Part shown: positions 1-15,539 of the stretch, in pieces
How positions within the stretch are numbered: position 1 is the first letter of the stretch
How the letters are laid out: the number at the start of each line of letters is the position of its first letter
Origin: the human T2T-CHM13v2.0 reference genome, Homo sapiens
NCBI RefSeq assembly: GCF_009914755.1
Contig: NC_060928.1
Reading direction: 5' to 3' (one strand)
Length of the DNA: 64,000 nt
Made by a program: the position numbers and the translations under genes
Notes under the pieces: model-generated
What the model was told of the DNA's origin: nothing
The model's input: the letters and a program-made list of their open reading frames with translations, nothing else
Databases searched by the model: none

Positions 1-87
1 TCCATGACCATAATATATAAAATGAAATGTTAAAATTTGTTTTATTATCTATGACTTTAAGTCTCTAAATAGTATATTTTCTTTTGA

Positions 88-419
<332 letters not shown>

Positions 420-976
420 AATCACTACAGCTTTTATTGTTGGTATAAAATTGGTCAAAACAACATAAACATCATGAATTTTGGTATTTATGTGAAGTAC
501 GTTTTTATTGGAAATACATCTTTCAGTGAAATGAATGGGCTGTCTCCTCTCCCCACTATAGTTTTGTATCTGAGTTGAATATGATTCATTGTTAGAATAT
601 GATAATGTTCAGATAAATTTCATTCTTAGTTTTTATTTTCATACATATAATTGCTGAGAAACATTGTTCACATAAAGTAGATTAGAATTACTTGTAAGAA
701 TTCTGCTAAAGCAGTATCATTCTGTTTTGCTTTATTTTGCTTTTACTCTTTTTAACCTTCTGAGTTACATGTCAGAAATTATTGTTTGTTAGATTTTATT
801 TTCCAGGTGGTAGTTGTTAACATTATTATTTCATATAACAGTTTGTAATTTGCAAATCCCTTTAACTTTTTCTATCTGTCTTACTTTCTCATCACATGGA
901 ACAAGCATATCATATGTTTTCTTCCTTTTGTAAGTGAGGAAATTTAAATTTAGAAAGGTTACATGTCTTACCTTAA

Positions 977-1375
<399 letters not shown>

Positions 1376-1444
1376 CTATCAGCAGTTATTCAAAATATTT
1401 TGAATTTCCTTCTACCATGGCCAATATAGCTTACCATACTTTTT

Positions 1445-1758
1445 ATTATTTTTATTTATTTATTTATTTTGAGACAGGGTCTTGTTTTGTTGCCTAGGCT
1501 GGAGTGCAGTAGCTCAGCTCACTGCAGCCTCGACCCTTGAGACCACTGGGGCTCAAGCGATATTCCCACCTCAGCCTCCTGAGTAGCTAAGGCCACAGGC
1601 ACACACTGCCACATCTGACTAATTTTTTAAAAAATTATTTGTAGAGATGAGGTCTTACAGTGTTGCCCAGGCTGGTCTTGAACTCCCAGGCTCGAGTGAT
1701 TATCCCACCTTGGCCTCCCAAGGTGCTCAGATTACAGGTGTGAGCCACTGTGCCTGGC
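1445..1758 (-). mobile_element. Old Alu (J-like), antisense
   Basis: Diverged Alu dimer with (TTTA)n tail. Confidence 0.85.
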
Positions 1759-2132
1759 TACCATACCCTGTAAGTGTGTTTTTATCAAAAACAAGCTATG
1801 ATACAGGCCATTTATTTTATGGATGATATCTCCATATGACCTAATTGGCAAAAGCAGTCCTCAAAACTTATCAAAGCATATACTACTAAGTACTAACAGA
1901 TTCACTTGTTGGTAAATATTTTTTTGTTAAAAGGATGTAGAAAGTGTTAAATATTTTATAAAATATAAAAATTAAGAATTGACTATATTTTATCATGAAA
2001 AGGTTGTAAAATATTTTATTGCACATGTCACATTGACTGAAATCACAGAATTTTTATCTTGAGTTTTAGTGAGTATGTTTTAAAAACACTTGGTAGTCCT
2101 AGAAAATACTCCATTTGTTTTTAAAATAATTA

Positions 2133-2490
<358 letters not shown>

Positions 2491-2589
2491 CTAATGATGT
2501 GCCCTGAAAAGAACAGCTGAAAATAATTTTAATTGAATATACCCAAAAACATGTTTTTAAAGTTAGTGATATAGCTCACATTTATTTTG

Positions 2590-2775
2590 TATTTAGTATG
2601 TGTCATGCACCATTCTAAGCATTTGAAATATATTAACTCATTTAATCCTTACCACAACCATTTGAAGTATTACCCTATTTTATAGATAATGTAAGTGAAG
2701 AACAGAGGTTAGTAACTTGCTCAAGGACATACCAGTAGTTAAGTGATAGAACCTGGAGTTGAACCCAGAGTCCTC
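2590..2775. mobile_element. MIR fragment
   Basis: MIR core-like ttaactcatttaatcctt...attttatagat...aacttgctcaagg. Confidence 0.65.
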
Positions 2776-3829
2776 TTCTTTATCCATAATGTTACGCTCC
2801 TTCTCTGTTCAGTATTTCCTACTGTGTACTGTATAATAAGAGACTGGCATACATTACAGCAGTGTGTCATAGTAAAAATTAGGATAAACTAAGGTCATGT
2901 GTTTCCTTTGTAAAATAAAAGAAAGGCTGTCATTAACACGGGCACTTTTTTAGGTGGGTAAGTTTGAGGAAAGAGTACTTACAGGAATCGACATCTGAAA
3001 ATTGATTTCCTTAAAACCATTCTTTTGTGGGGACCCTTGAAAAGTCTTCTAGTGTGTACACCTAGTTTCCAGTTTAGGAAAGAGAGCAGTTACTCAAAAG
3101 TCTGAACTCCTGAATTTAAAAAAGCTAATCTCCACAAGAGATTTGTTCTCTTAAGATTAGTTTGATTTATTCGTGGTATAGCTGTATCTAGGGAACACTG
3201 AAGAATATTAAGCAGCACCAAGGATATGTTCTCCTGGAAAGATTTGCCTGAGGGTACTTTAATGGTTGGTTATTTAAACTAAATGTCCTTTCGAAAATAT
3301 TGGGGCCCTTTGAATAACAGAGTGCTGCATCATGTTAGATTCTATAAAGTGTTTCATGTTTCTTGGTTGAGTAGATTTATACCTTGGAAGCTCTGGTTAA
3401 GATAGAATAAATTATGATATAACATTCCTTCTCCATTCGGTGGTGGTGGTGGTAGAGGTAGCTACTCCATGTACATACATTTCTACAGTGGGTTTCAGGC
3501 TGAGCTCTGGGAAAGGATGTCATATTTTACCACCTTATATATTTGATCTGTGTATCTCATACATAGATTTTGGCTCTTAAAGAGAATCTGAATTAGAGGC
3601 ACTTCAGGAAGCATTCACATATCCTAGAATAGATGACTTGGCTATCAACCCCTTGCCGGCTGTAGCTCCCCATTTGTTGTAGTCTGTATGTGCTATACCC
3701 AACCTAGAGCAGGGCGCCATGCCTGGCTAATTTTTTTTTTTTACTTTTTACAGAGATGGGGTCTCACTATGTTGCCCAGGCTGGTCTTGAACTCCTGGCT
3801 TCAAGTGATACTCCTGCCTGAGCCTCCCA

Positions 3830-4140
3830 AAGTGCTGGGATTATAGACATGAGCAATTGTACTTGGCTCAAATTTTTGTTTTAATTGGGCTTTTTGTCAG
3901 AAGAATGTGCCACTCTGAATTTGTTTTTGATATTGTTTCTTGTATTACTTGAACCTATTTTACATTTATTTTTATTTTCTCATGAAGTGCTGGGATTATA
4001 GACATGAGCAATTGTGCTTGGCTCAAATATTCGTTTTAATTGGGCTTTTTGTCAGAAGAATGTGCCACTCTGAATTTGTTTTTGGTATTAAGTTTGTTTC
4101 TTGCATTACCTGAACCTATTTTACATTGATTTTATTTTAT
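3830..4140. repeat. ~155-bp tandem duplication starting inside an Alu monomer
   Basis: aagtgctgggattatagacatgagcaattgt...gaacctattttacatt at 3830 and again at 3985. Confidence 0.9.
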
Positions 4141-4609
4141 TTTATTTACATCGATTTTTATTTTATTGATTTTTATTTTATTTACATTGATTTGAATTTG
4201 GGATACTGCTATTTTACCGATATTAAAAGATGTTTCAGCAAAGCTAGCAGATTTTTCCATGACTTTTTTTAGTCATTGTTGAAAGATCAAAGCTTCATTC
4301 ATCTACAGTTTAACCTTTGCTTCTAAACTAAAATTTTATTCTTAATAGTTTTTTTCTTACTCTAGTGATGAGTTGTTTATCCATGCTAATCAAGTATGCT
4401 AGTCACCTGAAAAAAAAATAAAGAGAGCATTAAAGCACTATCGTGTGATTTTGGTGAGGCAGGGCTTCATTGTACCCCAATATTAGGAAATGTTCTTAAA
4501 AATCCCCACTATGTTTCTGGCTTTCTTTTTTCTTTTTTTTTCAAAGTAGAGCCATGAGATTTTCCATACAAGGATGTTTATTCTTATTTAAGAAGTGTTT
4601 TCATTTTCT

Positions 4610-4912
4610 TTTTTCCTTTTCTTTTTCTTTTTCTGAGATGGAGTCTTGCTCTGTCACCAGGCTGGAGTGCAATGGCACAATCTCTGCTCACTGCAACCTC
4701 TGCCTCCCAGCAGAGGCGATTCTCCTGCCCCAGCCTCCCAAGTAGCTGGGACTACAGGCGTGCGCCACCACGCCCAGCTAATTTTTGTATTTTTAGTAGA
4801 GACAGGGTTTCACCATGTTGGCCAGGATGGTCTCGATCTCTTAACCTTGTGATCCTCCCACCTTGGCCTCCCAAAGTGCTGGGATTACAGGCGTGAGCCA
4901 CCATGCCCGGCC
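4610..4912 (-). mobile_element. Alu (Sc-like), antisense
   Basis: Alu dimer, ctctgtcaccaggctgg. Confidence 0.85.
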
Positions 4913-5810
4913 TTCATTTTCAATTAAGATAATTTTTATTTTTCCTCTTAAAAACGGTATATATGTTAATTTTTAAAGTCCTCATTCTATCAGATCAAAT
5001 AATAGAAATACCCAATTACATTTTTTTAAGGGAATTAGTAAACAGTTACCAATACCAGTTTATTGTGCCCTTTTCTACAGAATCTGCCTTCTGTTGGTAT
5101 ATTTCACACAGGACCAGTCTTATTCACCTGTTTCGGACTCACATGTAGGCAATAGGATGACACTGACATGACTGGCTGTCTCAGAAAATTCAGTTTTCTG
5201 TAATTCTCACACTTGTAGGGTCACAGATAATAAGTCCCCCAGCCCCCCGTCCCCCACTCCCAGAGTATCTACTGTTAGCAGAGAACTATGCCGAATACAG
5301 TTTTTTTCTTTAACTGTGATTCTTCTTCTGTTATGGGAACTGAGTTTACCATCAAGGTAACATTAGCAGAAGGAAGGGGTACCACGTATGTGTTTTGTAT
5401 GCTGTACAAAATCAGTTCACTATAAATGATCACTGCCCACCAAAAATGCACAATCCCAAAGGAAATATACCACAGGGCCATAAGGTCAAAGGAGATAAAC
5501 ATGTATAGAGCTCAGTAAACTTTTCAGACAATATTATTGCAGCTTCCTAAATACTAACTGTTTTGGACAATACATGATAGATACCTTTTCACACTTAAGC
5601 CAGTCCATATTAAAGCTGCTTTTACTAAACTGCTTTGCAGAGATTTTCTAATGGTTCTAGTTTTGATAATGAATTTGCTAATATTAATATGCATGTTGGG
5701 ATGTTCTTTGGAATGTCAGAGTTCTTTCTCACTTTTAATGCAATGTCAAATTTTTATTTCTCATCTTTCCTGTTGGTTTGACTCTTATGTTTGTGCTTTC
5801 CACTTTACAG

Positions 5811-5915
5811 GCGTGCAGTATGGTGAATATGTTAATAACCAAGCTAGCTCCGCACCAACTCCCTTGTCATCAACTTCCGATGATGAGGAAGAGGAGGAGG
5901 AGGATGAGGAAGCAG
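5811..5915 (+). CDS. SEC24B: SEC24B exon (105 nt, phase 1-1, probable cassette exon): VQYGEYVNNQASSAPTPLSSTSDDEEEEEEDEEA
   Basis: ctttacag|GC acceptor, GCAG|gtctgc donor; 35 codons; frame compatible with next exon. Confidence 0.9.
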
Positions 5916-6565
5916 GTCTGCTTTAGCTTTACACCAGTTCTTGATCTTTTCCTGCTCAAGTTTTCTTTTTGTTTCCACAGTCTTACTTAGCCTTTTAAAA
6001 AAGAGTCTTTGAAGATTTAGCATGATGAACTTACGAGGTTTGCATTATAGAAGATGTGTCACATAAAATAAGGTGTTTGTTTTGTTTTTCCTCCTTTAGG
6101 CATCTTTGCCATATTGTAAATAATAGAATCAGAATTCCTCTTTCATGACAGTAGAGTGCATTCTTCTTTCAGAAATGCATTTTCTCCCATGTCACATGCA
6201 AAATAATGAGTACTGACTGAAGCTTTTGGCTGATGATTGCTCTAGCATCGTTTTAGGAATAATGCTTCATTTTCTGCTTTGCCTGCTACTTTAGTCTAAT
6301 CAAAATAAGCCATGTGGATTTTATAATAGGGATAGAGAAATAGGACAGTGTTTCAGTGAGGTCCTTTTGGCTTTTCTTGTCATGTATTTAGAAGGCCCAG
6401 AATTTGTAGTTATTTTCCTGCTTCATGAAATAGTACATATCTTGCTAGCTGAAGAAGTTGTGCATATGGTTATGTGTTGCAAACTGTTTAATATCTTTTT
6501 CTGCCTTTGATAGGTAGAACACTGCTAAAAAATTAAGCAGTTCAGTTCCTCCATTAATTCTAATA

Positions 6566-7680
<1,115 letters not shown>

Positions 7681-7919
7681 TAGTTTAAGACTGAACCAAT
7701 AACTGATGATCTTTCAAGTTATTATATGTGACCACAATTCTCCTGTTCTAAATGTGAAGATCTGTTCTGCAAACAATCATTTTAACCAAAAATTTCTATT
7801 TCCTGTGCATTTAAAAATATTTAAATCATTATATGCGACTCGGGATAAAAATTGGGGGTGACAGGTGGGAAATAATTTTTCTTACTCTAAATACGTAAGT
7901 ACCCATCTATGTTTCTGAA

Positions 7920-8655
7920 ATTTTTTTTGTAATTTTAAATTTTAACAAAATTTCAAACTCACAGAAGTTAAAAGAAACCCGCATGTACGCTTTACCCAGA
8001 TAAACCATTTTTGCCACATTTGCTTTATAATTCTCTATCAACATATTTTTGCTATACCATTTGCAAGTAAATTGGAGACATCATGAACTTTACCCCTAAT
8101 ACTTTATGTTTCCTAATCATAAGGTCAGTGTCTTAAATAACCAAAATACAGTTATCAAGAAATAGAGCATTGATGCAATAATATCTGATAACACTGTTCA
8201 TTGTCAAATATCAGTTGTCTGAAGTAGATCAGCTATAAAGCTGTTTTCATGGTCCAGGATCCAATTTGGATCATGCGTTGAATTTAGTTGTCATGTTAGA
8301 CTCCTTTAGTCTCCAACAGTTCATTAGCCTCTTTCCTTGCCTTTACATTTTCAAAGAGTACAGACCAGTTATTTTGTAAAATGTTCCCCAGTGTGGGTTT
8401 ATCTGAGGTTTCCTCATGATTAGATTCAGACCATGCATTTTTCGGAGGATTACCACTAAAACAATGTTGTGTTCTCAGTGCATCCTATTTGAGGCACATG
8501 ATGTCAATTTGTTCTCATATTGATGAGGTTAACTTTTATTATTTGAATAAGGTGGTATCTGCCAGGTTTCTCCACTATAAAGTTACTGTTTTTCCCTGTT
8601 AAAATTAATAAGTCATTTGTGAGGAGTTTCTTTGAGACTATTTAAATGTTGTGTT
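7920..8655 (-). mobile_element. Old L1 3' end fragment (L1MC-like)
   Basis: ccaggatcca...catgcgttgaatttagttgtcatg, ggtttctccactataaagttact. Confidence 0.6.
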
Positions 8656-8697
8656 CTCCAAAAAAAGAAAAAAAAGAGAGAGAGATCAGAAAGATTT

Positions 8698-9006
<309 letters not shown>

Positions 9007-10953
9007 TTAGCATTTATGGCTTTTTTCTAATGTCTTGTTTATTATTTTTCTTGAGTATATTATAGATTTAAAATTCCTGAGTTTTTATGGCATTTGGATT
9101 TTAATAATACCTAACATTTTTAGCACTTACTGAATGCCAGTCGTAGCAATACAGAGCTAGTATGTCTCCCTTGGTTTTTGTGTCAGTTTTTCTAGACTCA
9201 CATCCCGACTTTTCACTTTCTAGCTTTGTGATAATGATAGTAACAATTACATATAGTTGTTTTAAGGATTGAAGATACTGTTTGTAAAGAGCTTAGAACA
9301 GTGTGTGGCAAATCGTAAACACTCAGAAAGATTAGCTGTCATTACCAGCATTGAGATTGTGTTATTGTCTGTTCTTCTCAACAATTCTGCAAGGCAGAAA
9401 TAATCAACTCTATTTTACAGATGAATTAACTGCAGCCTGAACATATTAAGTAACATTTGTCTGTGGTCACACAGCTGCTCAGTAGGCAGAATAGAGATTC
9501 AAACTGAGGTCTTTCTGCAGAAAAGTATGAAAAAGAAGGTGTCTTCCTATCTAGTGAGAGAACATAAACGGCCAGAGTAGGTGGGAGTAAAGGGCACATG
9601 ACGGTAGTCACTACAGTGTTAAACGTACATGTTATCTTACTCCTGTGTTTTTTTCTACTCCACAAAATAAGACTATATTATTGACATTTTTACTATAATC
9701 TTAGTGTTCTCTATTAATGGTTTTTTAAAATAATATCTTTGTTGGTTGCAAATTAAAGAAACATTCTCAGTGGTGGGATGGGAAGAAAGTCTAGCTTTAA
9801 ATGGAATTTTATTTTTTAAACCTTGCCCAGTTACAATAATTTATTTCATATGTACAGAGGTAAAAAGAAAGTGGCTGAAATTGGTGTGGGAATTACATGT
9901 AAGTGTCTAATAAAGTAGCGATTTGGAGTGCTCTACTTCTTAAGCATTTCAGTGGCATTTATTCCCTTTATTTGTGAGATTTTTGTGTGTTTAGTTTATG
10001 TGGGATTGTTCTCCAACTTTGAAAAAAATTTACTGAACAGTGATGAAAAATCAACCAGCAGGGTGGAGAATCAGAAGTTACTGGGTTAGCAGTGTTAAGT
10101 GTTGAGGAAAGTTTGGCTGAAAGCTGAGGAAAAAAAAACAATTGGAAAATCTATCAGGAGGTATCTGTCTTGTTTTGTTTTTTCCCCCTCTGTAGCACTG
10201 TTTGGAGATAGAGGGAAGAGAGAACACGAAGAACATTTCCTGAGTCTCTTGCTAATATCTGTTATACCTGTGATATCTGTGAAGTTGTAATAGTAGCTCT
10301 GTGGAGTAGGTGTTATTATGAAATCTGTTGTTACTAATGAGGAGCAGCTCAGAGATGTCAGGTGTCCATTTTCCCTCAACTGTTAGGGAGTGGACATGGA
10401 GTTTGAGTTATAGCCTTTTCATGTTTTGTGCAGGTTATGAGGAAATCTCAAATTATCTGGCTAATTTCAAGTTTAGCAATACTAGTAAGTATATTGCCTT
10501 TGTTGACCCATATTGCTTGTCTTTTAGAGACAGAAAACAGCTTAAGCCTTTTTTTAAAGGCTTAATTGCTTTCTGATACTCTTCTCTAGCTTCAAGGATT
10601 CTGAGCTATTCTTCTGATCTGTTCTCCTCGTTACTTCTTTAGATTTCAGCTCCCTCTCTTTTTCTCTTTCCTTTTTTCTTCTTTCAAGCTGTAACATAGA
10701 GCCAGTAGAAGAATGAGAGAAAATTATTTCCAAGTACTGCATTTCATACTTGACCCCCATTTGATCTCAGAATACTTATTATCAGTAATTGTAGTGTGAA
10801 GTGACTGAGGCAAATCGATGCTATCCAAGGATTAAGCATGGGACAAGTACCAAAGCCATTGATTCAGTGGAAACCAGCTTGTATGCTGAAAGCAGTATTT
10901 TGCTTGGTATCAGGATTCCAAAGATCAATATATTAGCATAGCTCTGGCCATCA

Positions 10954-11320
<367 letters not shown>

Positions 11321-12224
11321 AGTGTATTAATTCAGGATTGAGAATGTGCTCCTGCATAGAAGAGGAAATGATTTTCTGTGGGCATACAGGAAAAGTTTGA
11401 CAAAGGATTTGAAATTTGAAGGATGAGTAGTAATTTGCCATGTGAAGAAAGGAAATTATGGCTAACAGACATAATGCATAAACAGAAGAAAAAAATGTAG
11501 TATTGGGTCAAGAGTCAGAAGTTTGGTGTAACTGCAAAATAAGGTAAAAGGGAGGATGGTAAAGGGACAGGTGAGAGATGCAGGTGGAAAGGACAAGTAG
11601 AAGCCAAATTTTGAAGTTTGTTTTATGACAGTGTGAAGGCATTTACACCTTATTCACTAAGATGGTGGGGAAATTAGTAAAGGCTGTTTCTAAGCATGTT
11701 CAGAATGTTAACACATAAGTTTTCAATCAGGTACTGTTTTATAAAAATACCTTTTTGATTTATTTGCCAGTAATGGCATGACCTCTGATTAATGCGTTAC
11801 TTAGAACGCATTAATCTAAATAGCAAAATATCATGAGTCTGTTTAGCTTACTGATTTATTTGGGTTTATAACAATTATCATTGCTTTGATATTTTGACAG
11901 GTTCACAAATAGAGATTTGCAGTCATTTTTTCTTCTGAAAGTGAATTTAAAGTAAACTAGCAGATTTCAAACTATTCAGTAAACAAAATAGAATAAAAAA
12001 ATTAATACTTTAAAACTTATAGCCTTATTAAAATGAACAATCTTTAAAATATTAACAGTTGATTTGACATGAAAGAAACTAAACATCTTAACTGAGTAGT
12101 AGTATGTTCTTTGGAATAAGTTCATATATAAGTAATCTTTTATCTTTGGACTTTATTTTTTTTCAAGAGTAGTTATTTCTTGATATATACATTTAAAAGT
12201 TTTTCTTAGAATGCCCATGATATT

Positions 12225-13990
12225 TTTAATAGCAGTTTTGAGAAATAATTCACATACCATAAAATTCACCTATTTAAGTTGTGCTGTTCTGCAGTTTTTA
12301 GCATATTCACAAAGTAGCAACCATCACTACTATGTAATTCCAGAACATTTTCTTCACCCCAAAATAGAAACTTCATATGTTTTAGCCTTCTTCCCATTCT
12401 ACCCTCCCCGCACAACCACACGCAGCTCTAGGCAGCCATTAATCCTCTGTCTCTACAGGTTTGTCTATTTTGAACATTTTATATGTAGAGATCATATAAT
12501 ATGTGGTTGTTACTTGCATCTTTCTTTTAACATAATGTTTTCAAGGTTCATCCACATTATGGCATATGTCAGTACTTTATTATTTTTTGTTACCAAAAAA
12601 TATTCCATATGTGAATGTATCACATTTTATTTATCCATTCATGAGTTGATGGACATTTGGGTTGTTTCTGCTTTTTGGCTGTTATGAATACTCCTGCTGT
12701 GAACATTTGTCAACAAGTTTTTGTGTAGGTTTATGTTTTCATTTCTCTTGAGTAGAATTGCTGGGTCAGAACTCTGTATTTAACTTTTGAGAAACTGCCA
12801 AACTGTTTTCCAAAGTAACTGCACCATTTTACAATCCAACGAGGATTCTAATTTCTCCACGTCTTTGGTAATAAGGTTTGGCAAAGATGTGGAAAAATTG
12901 GAATCCTCATTCGATTGGTTATAACCATCCTAGTGGATGTGAAATGTTATCTCGTTGTTTTGATTTTCATTTTCCTAATGGGATTGTGATGTTGAGCATC
13001 TTTTCATGTGTTTATTGGTCATTTGTTTATCTTCTTTGGATAAATATCTGTTCAAATCTTTTGCCCATTTTAAATTTGGTTATTTGTTGTTTTATTGTTG
13101 AGTTGTAAGAGTTTGTTACATATTCTGGATATTAACCCCTTATCAGATATATGATTTGCAAATATTTACTCTCATTCTGTGGGTTGTCTTTTTACTTCTT
13201 GATGATACGGTAACCTTTAGAGCACAAAAGTTCTTAATTTTGATGAAGTCCAAATTATCTTTTTTCTTTTGTTGCTTGTACCTTTGATGTCATATCTAAA
13301 AATTCATTTAGTCATGAAGATTTATTCCTGTATTCTAAGAGTTTTATAGTTTTAGCACTTACATTTTATGTCTATGATCCATTTTGAGTTAGTTGTGGTG
13401 TAGGGAAGGGGTCCAGCTTTGTTCTTCTGCGTGTGGATATGTCTAGTTGTTCCAGCACCATTTGCTGAAAAGAATATTATTTCCCCATTGAAATGTCATG
13501 GTAAATTGTTTAGTTTTATTAAGGAAAAATATGCATAACATAAAATTAACTGTTTTAAATTGTATAATTCAGTGGCATTTAGTACATGTACAGTGTTGTG
13601 CAGTCCCCACTTCTATTTAGCTCTATCTAATTTTGTGAAGTACTAGACATTTTCATCATCCCAAAAGAAAATCCTACACTCAGTCACTCCCCATTTTCCC
13701 CTCCCCTCAGCCTGGGTCTTTCATATAAATAGAATTATATATATTATATATTATAATATATATGGTATATATATGATATATATGGTATATATATGATATA
13801 TACATGTGATATATACATATGATAATATATATGGTCTTTTTTGTTTGATTTATTTCACTTAAGCAAATTTTCAGGTTTCATTCACATTGTAGCGTGTATC
13901 CATACTTCATTTTTATGGCTAAATAATATCCCATTTTATAGATATACCATATTTTGTTTATCCATTCATCTGTTGATGAATATTTGGAGA
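12225..13990 (-). mobile_element. Old L1 (L1MB-like) fragments, ORF2 3' end and 3' UTR, antisense
   Basis: ataattcacataccataaaattcacc, ttgatggacatttgggttgtttc, actgccaaactgttttccaaag; second 3' end begins ~13520; TA-rich repeat 13735-13832. Confidence 0.8.
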
Positions 13991-15458
13991 CTTTTGACCT
14001 GATATATCAGCATTCTGCTTTAGTTTAAAATTCACAAATAAAAGGAACACAAAGGAAAGGGCATTACTTTCCATTCTTTATTAAGAGGAAAAATATATGT
14101 GCAAAATTGTTCTACTTATCACGAAGAAGGCACTGCATAAATATTAGTGTCTTCTACCTATTACTTATTTAATGGGTGTCTTCATATCCACTGTCTCATT
14201 TAGACCTTATAAGAACATAAAAAACCACACATAGGACATTTAAAAAATCGTTAGCATTTTGCAGAAGAGTTATATAGCAAGTTACCTTCACTTATTCTTA
14301 GGAGAAAAGAACCACAAAGTTACATAGCAAGTAAATGATGGAGTTGATGTAACTGCAGTCTTTGCCTCCAAATCATGTTCTTTGCTGATAAGAAAATGTT
14401 CCTACACAAAAAACATCAGCTATTATGCCCTGAGTCGGTATACCTGATTCTCATGTTCATCTAAAATTATTCAATGAAAAATAATTATGCATACCTGTTC
14501 CTTCCCTATTACAATTGAAAATTAACCTAAATGTAGTTTAAACACCAGTTATAATACTGGTATTAATAGCAAGGGATAACCTCTGTAGCACAGAATTTTG
14601 TCTTACTGTGAAACAAAGCAAGATCTCTAACATAATAGAAGGATCATGCAGATTTTTTATTTTATTCATCATAATATACGCTAGCATACGTACCCAGGAT
14701 AATTGTAGGTCTCAAAATATTTGTTGAATGAATGGAAGAAGTATATTGCTTGTTCTTTTCATGTGACCTGTGACCACATTTCATCATAAATTGTCACTGA
14801 ACTCTCATCTTAACAGGTTTTGAATGAGCACACATAATGAAAATTCTTATAGTCTAACATTTATATGAATTAGTGTGCCTTTCATTTATATTACCTTATT
14901 AAATATGGCAGGTGTTATTTAATCTCTATTCTGCAGATATGTAAACTGAGACACAGAAAAGCTTAGTAGCATGCCAGATAGCAACCTAAGCCACAGACTC
15001 CTCATTTATGAATGTCTCAGTGTGCTATGATATAAATAAAAGTCATTAAAATTTAATTACCTTAAAATACCCTAATATTGATAAAATATATTTAGTAGTA
15101 TATTTGGTAGATGTAATCCTTAAGATGTGACTATATTAACATTTCTATCAACCTAAAGTTTTTGTTTATGTGTTTGACTAGTTTTAATAGTTTAATATCT
15201 GTTCTTCTCTAAGATACTTTACATGTTTAACTGAATTTTATCCCACTCATCAGCTTCATATTCTCTCCACTCTCATCTTCTATTCTTAACAGAAATTCAT
15301 TGGTTTTTAAAATGTCTCTAGACATCAATCATTTTACTTTTTTACTAGAATCAGGAATTTTCCTAGTTCCGCAAAAACATCTTTTTCAAAATTGCCAAAG
15401 GCTGCTTTAAGATACTTTGTCATTTTAAACCTAGTAGATATTTTGGTTTTCCTTTTAG

Positions 15459-15539
15459 GTGTTGACAGCTCTTCTACCACAAGCAGTGCTTCTCCAATGC
15501 CCAACAGTTATGATGCCCTGGAAGGAGGCAGTTACCCAG
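15459..15539 (+). CDS. SEC24B: SEC24B exon (81 nt): VDSSSTTSSASPMPNSYDALEGGSYP
   Basis: ccttttag|GT ... CCAG|gtaatt; phase 1-1. Confidence 0.95.

Noticed and set aside
12211-13108. ORFs of 158 aa and 76 aa
   Set aside because: Lie on the antisense strand of a decayed L1; chance T-rich frames
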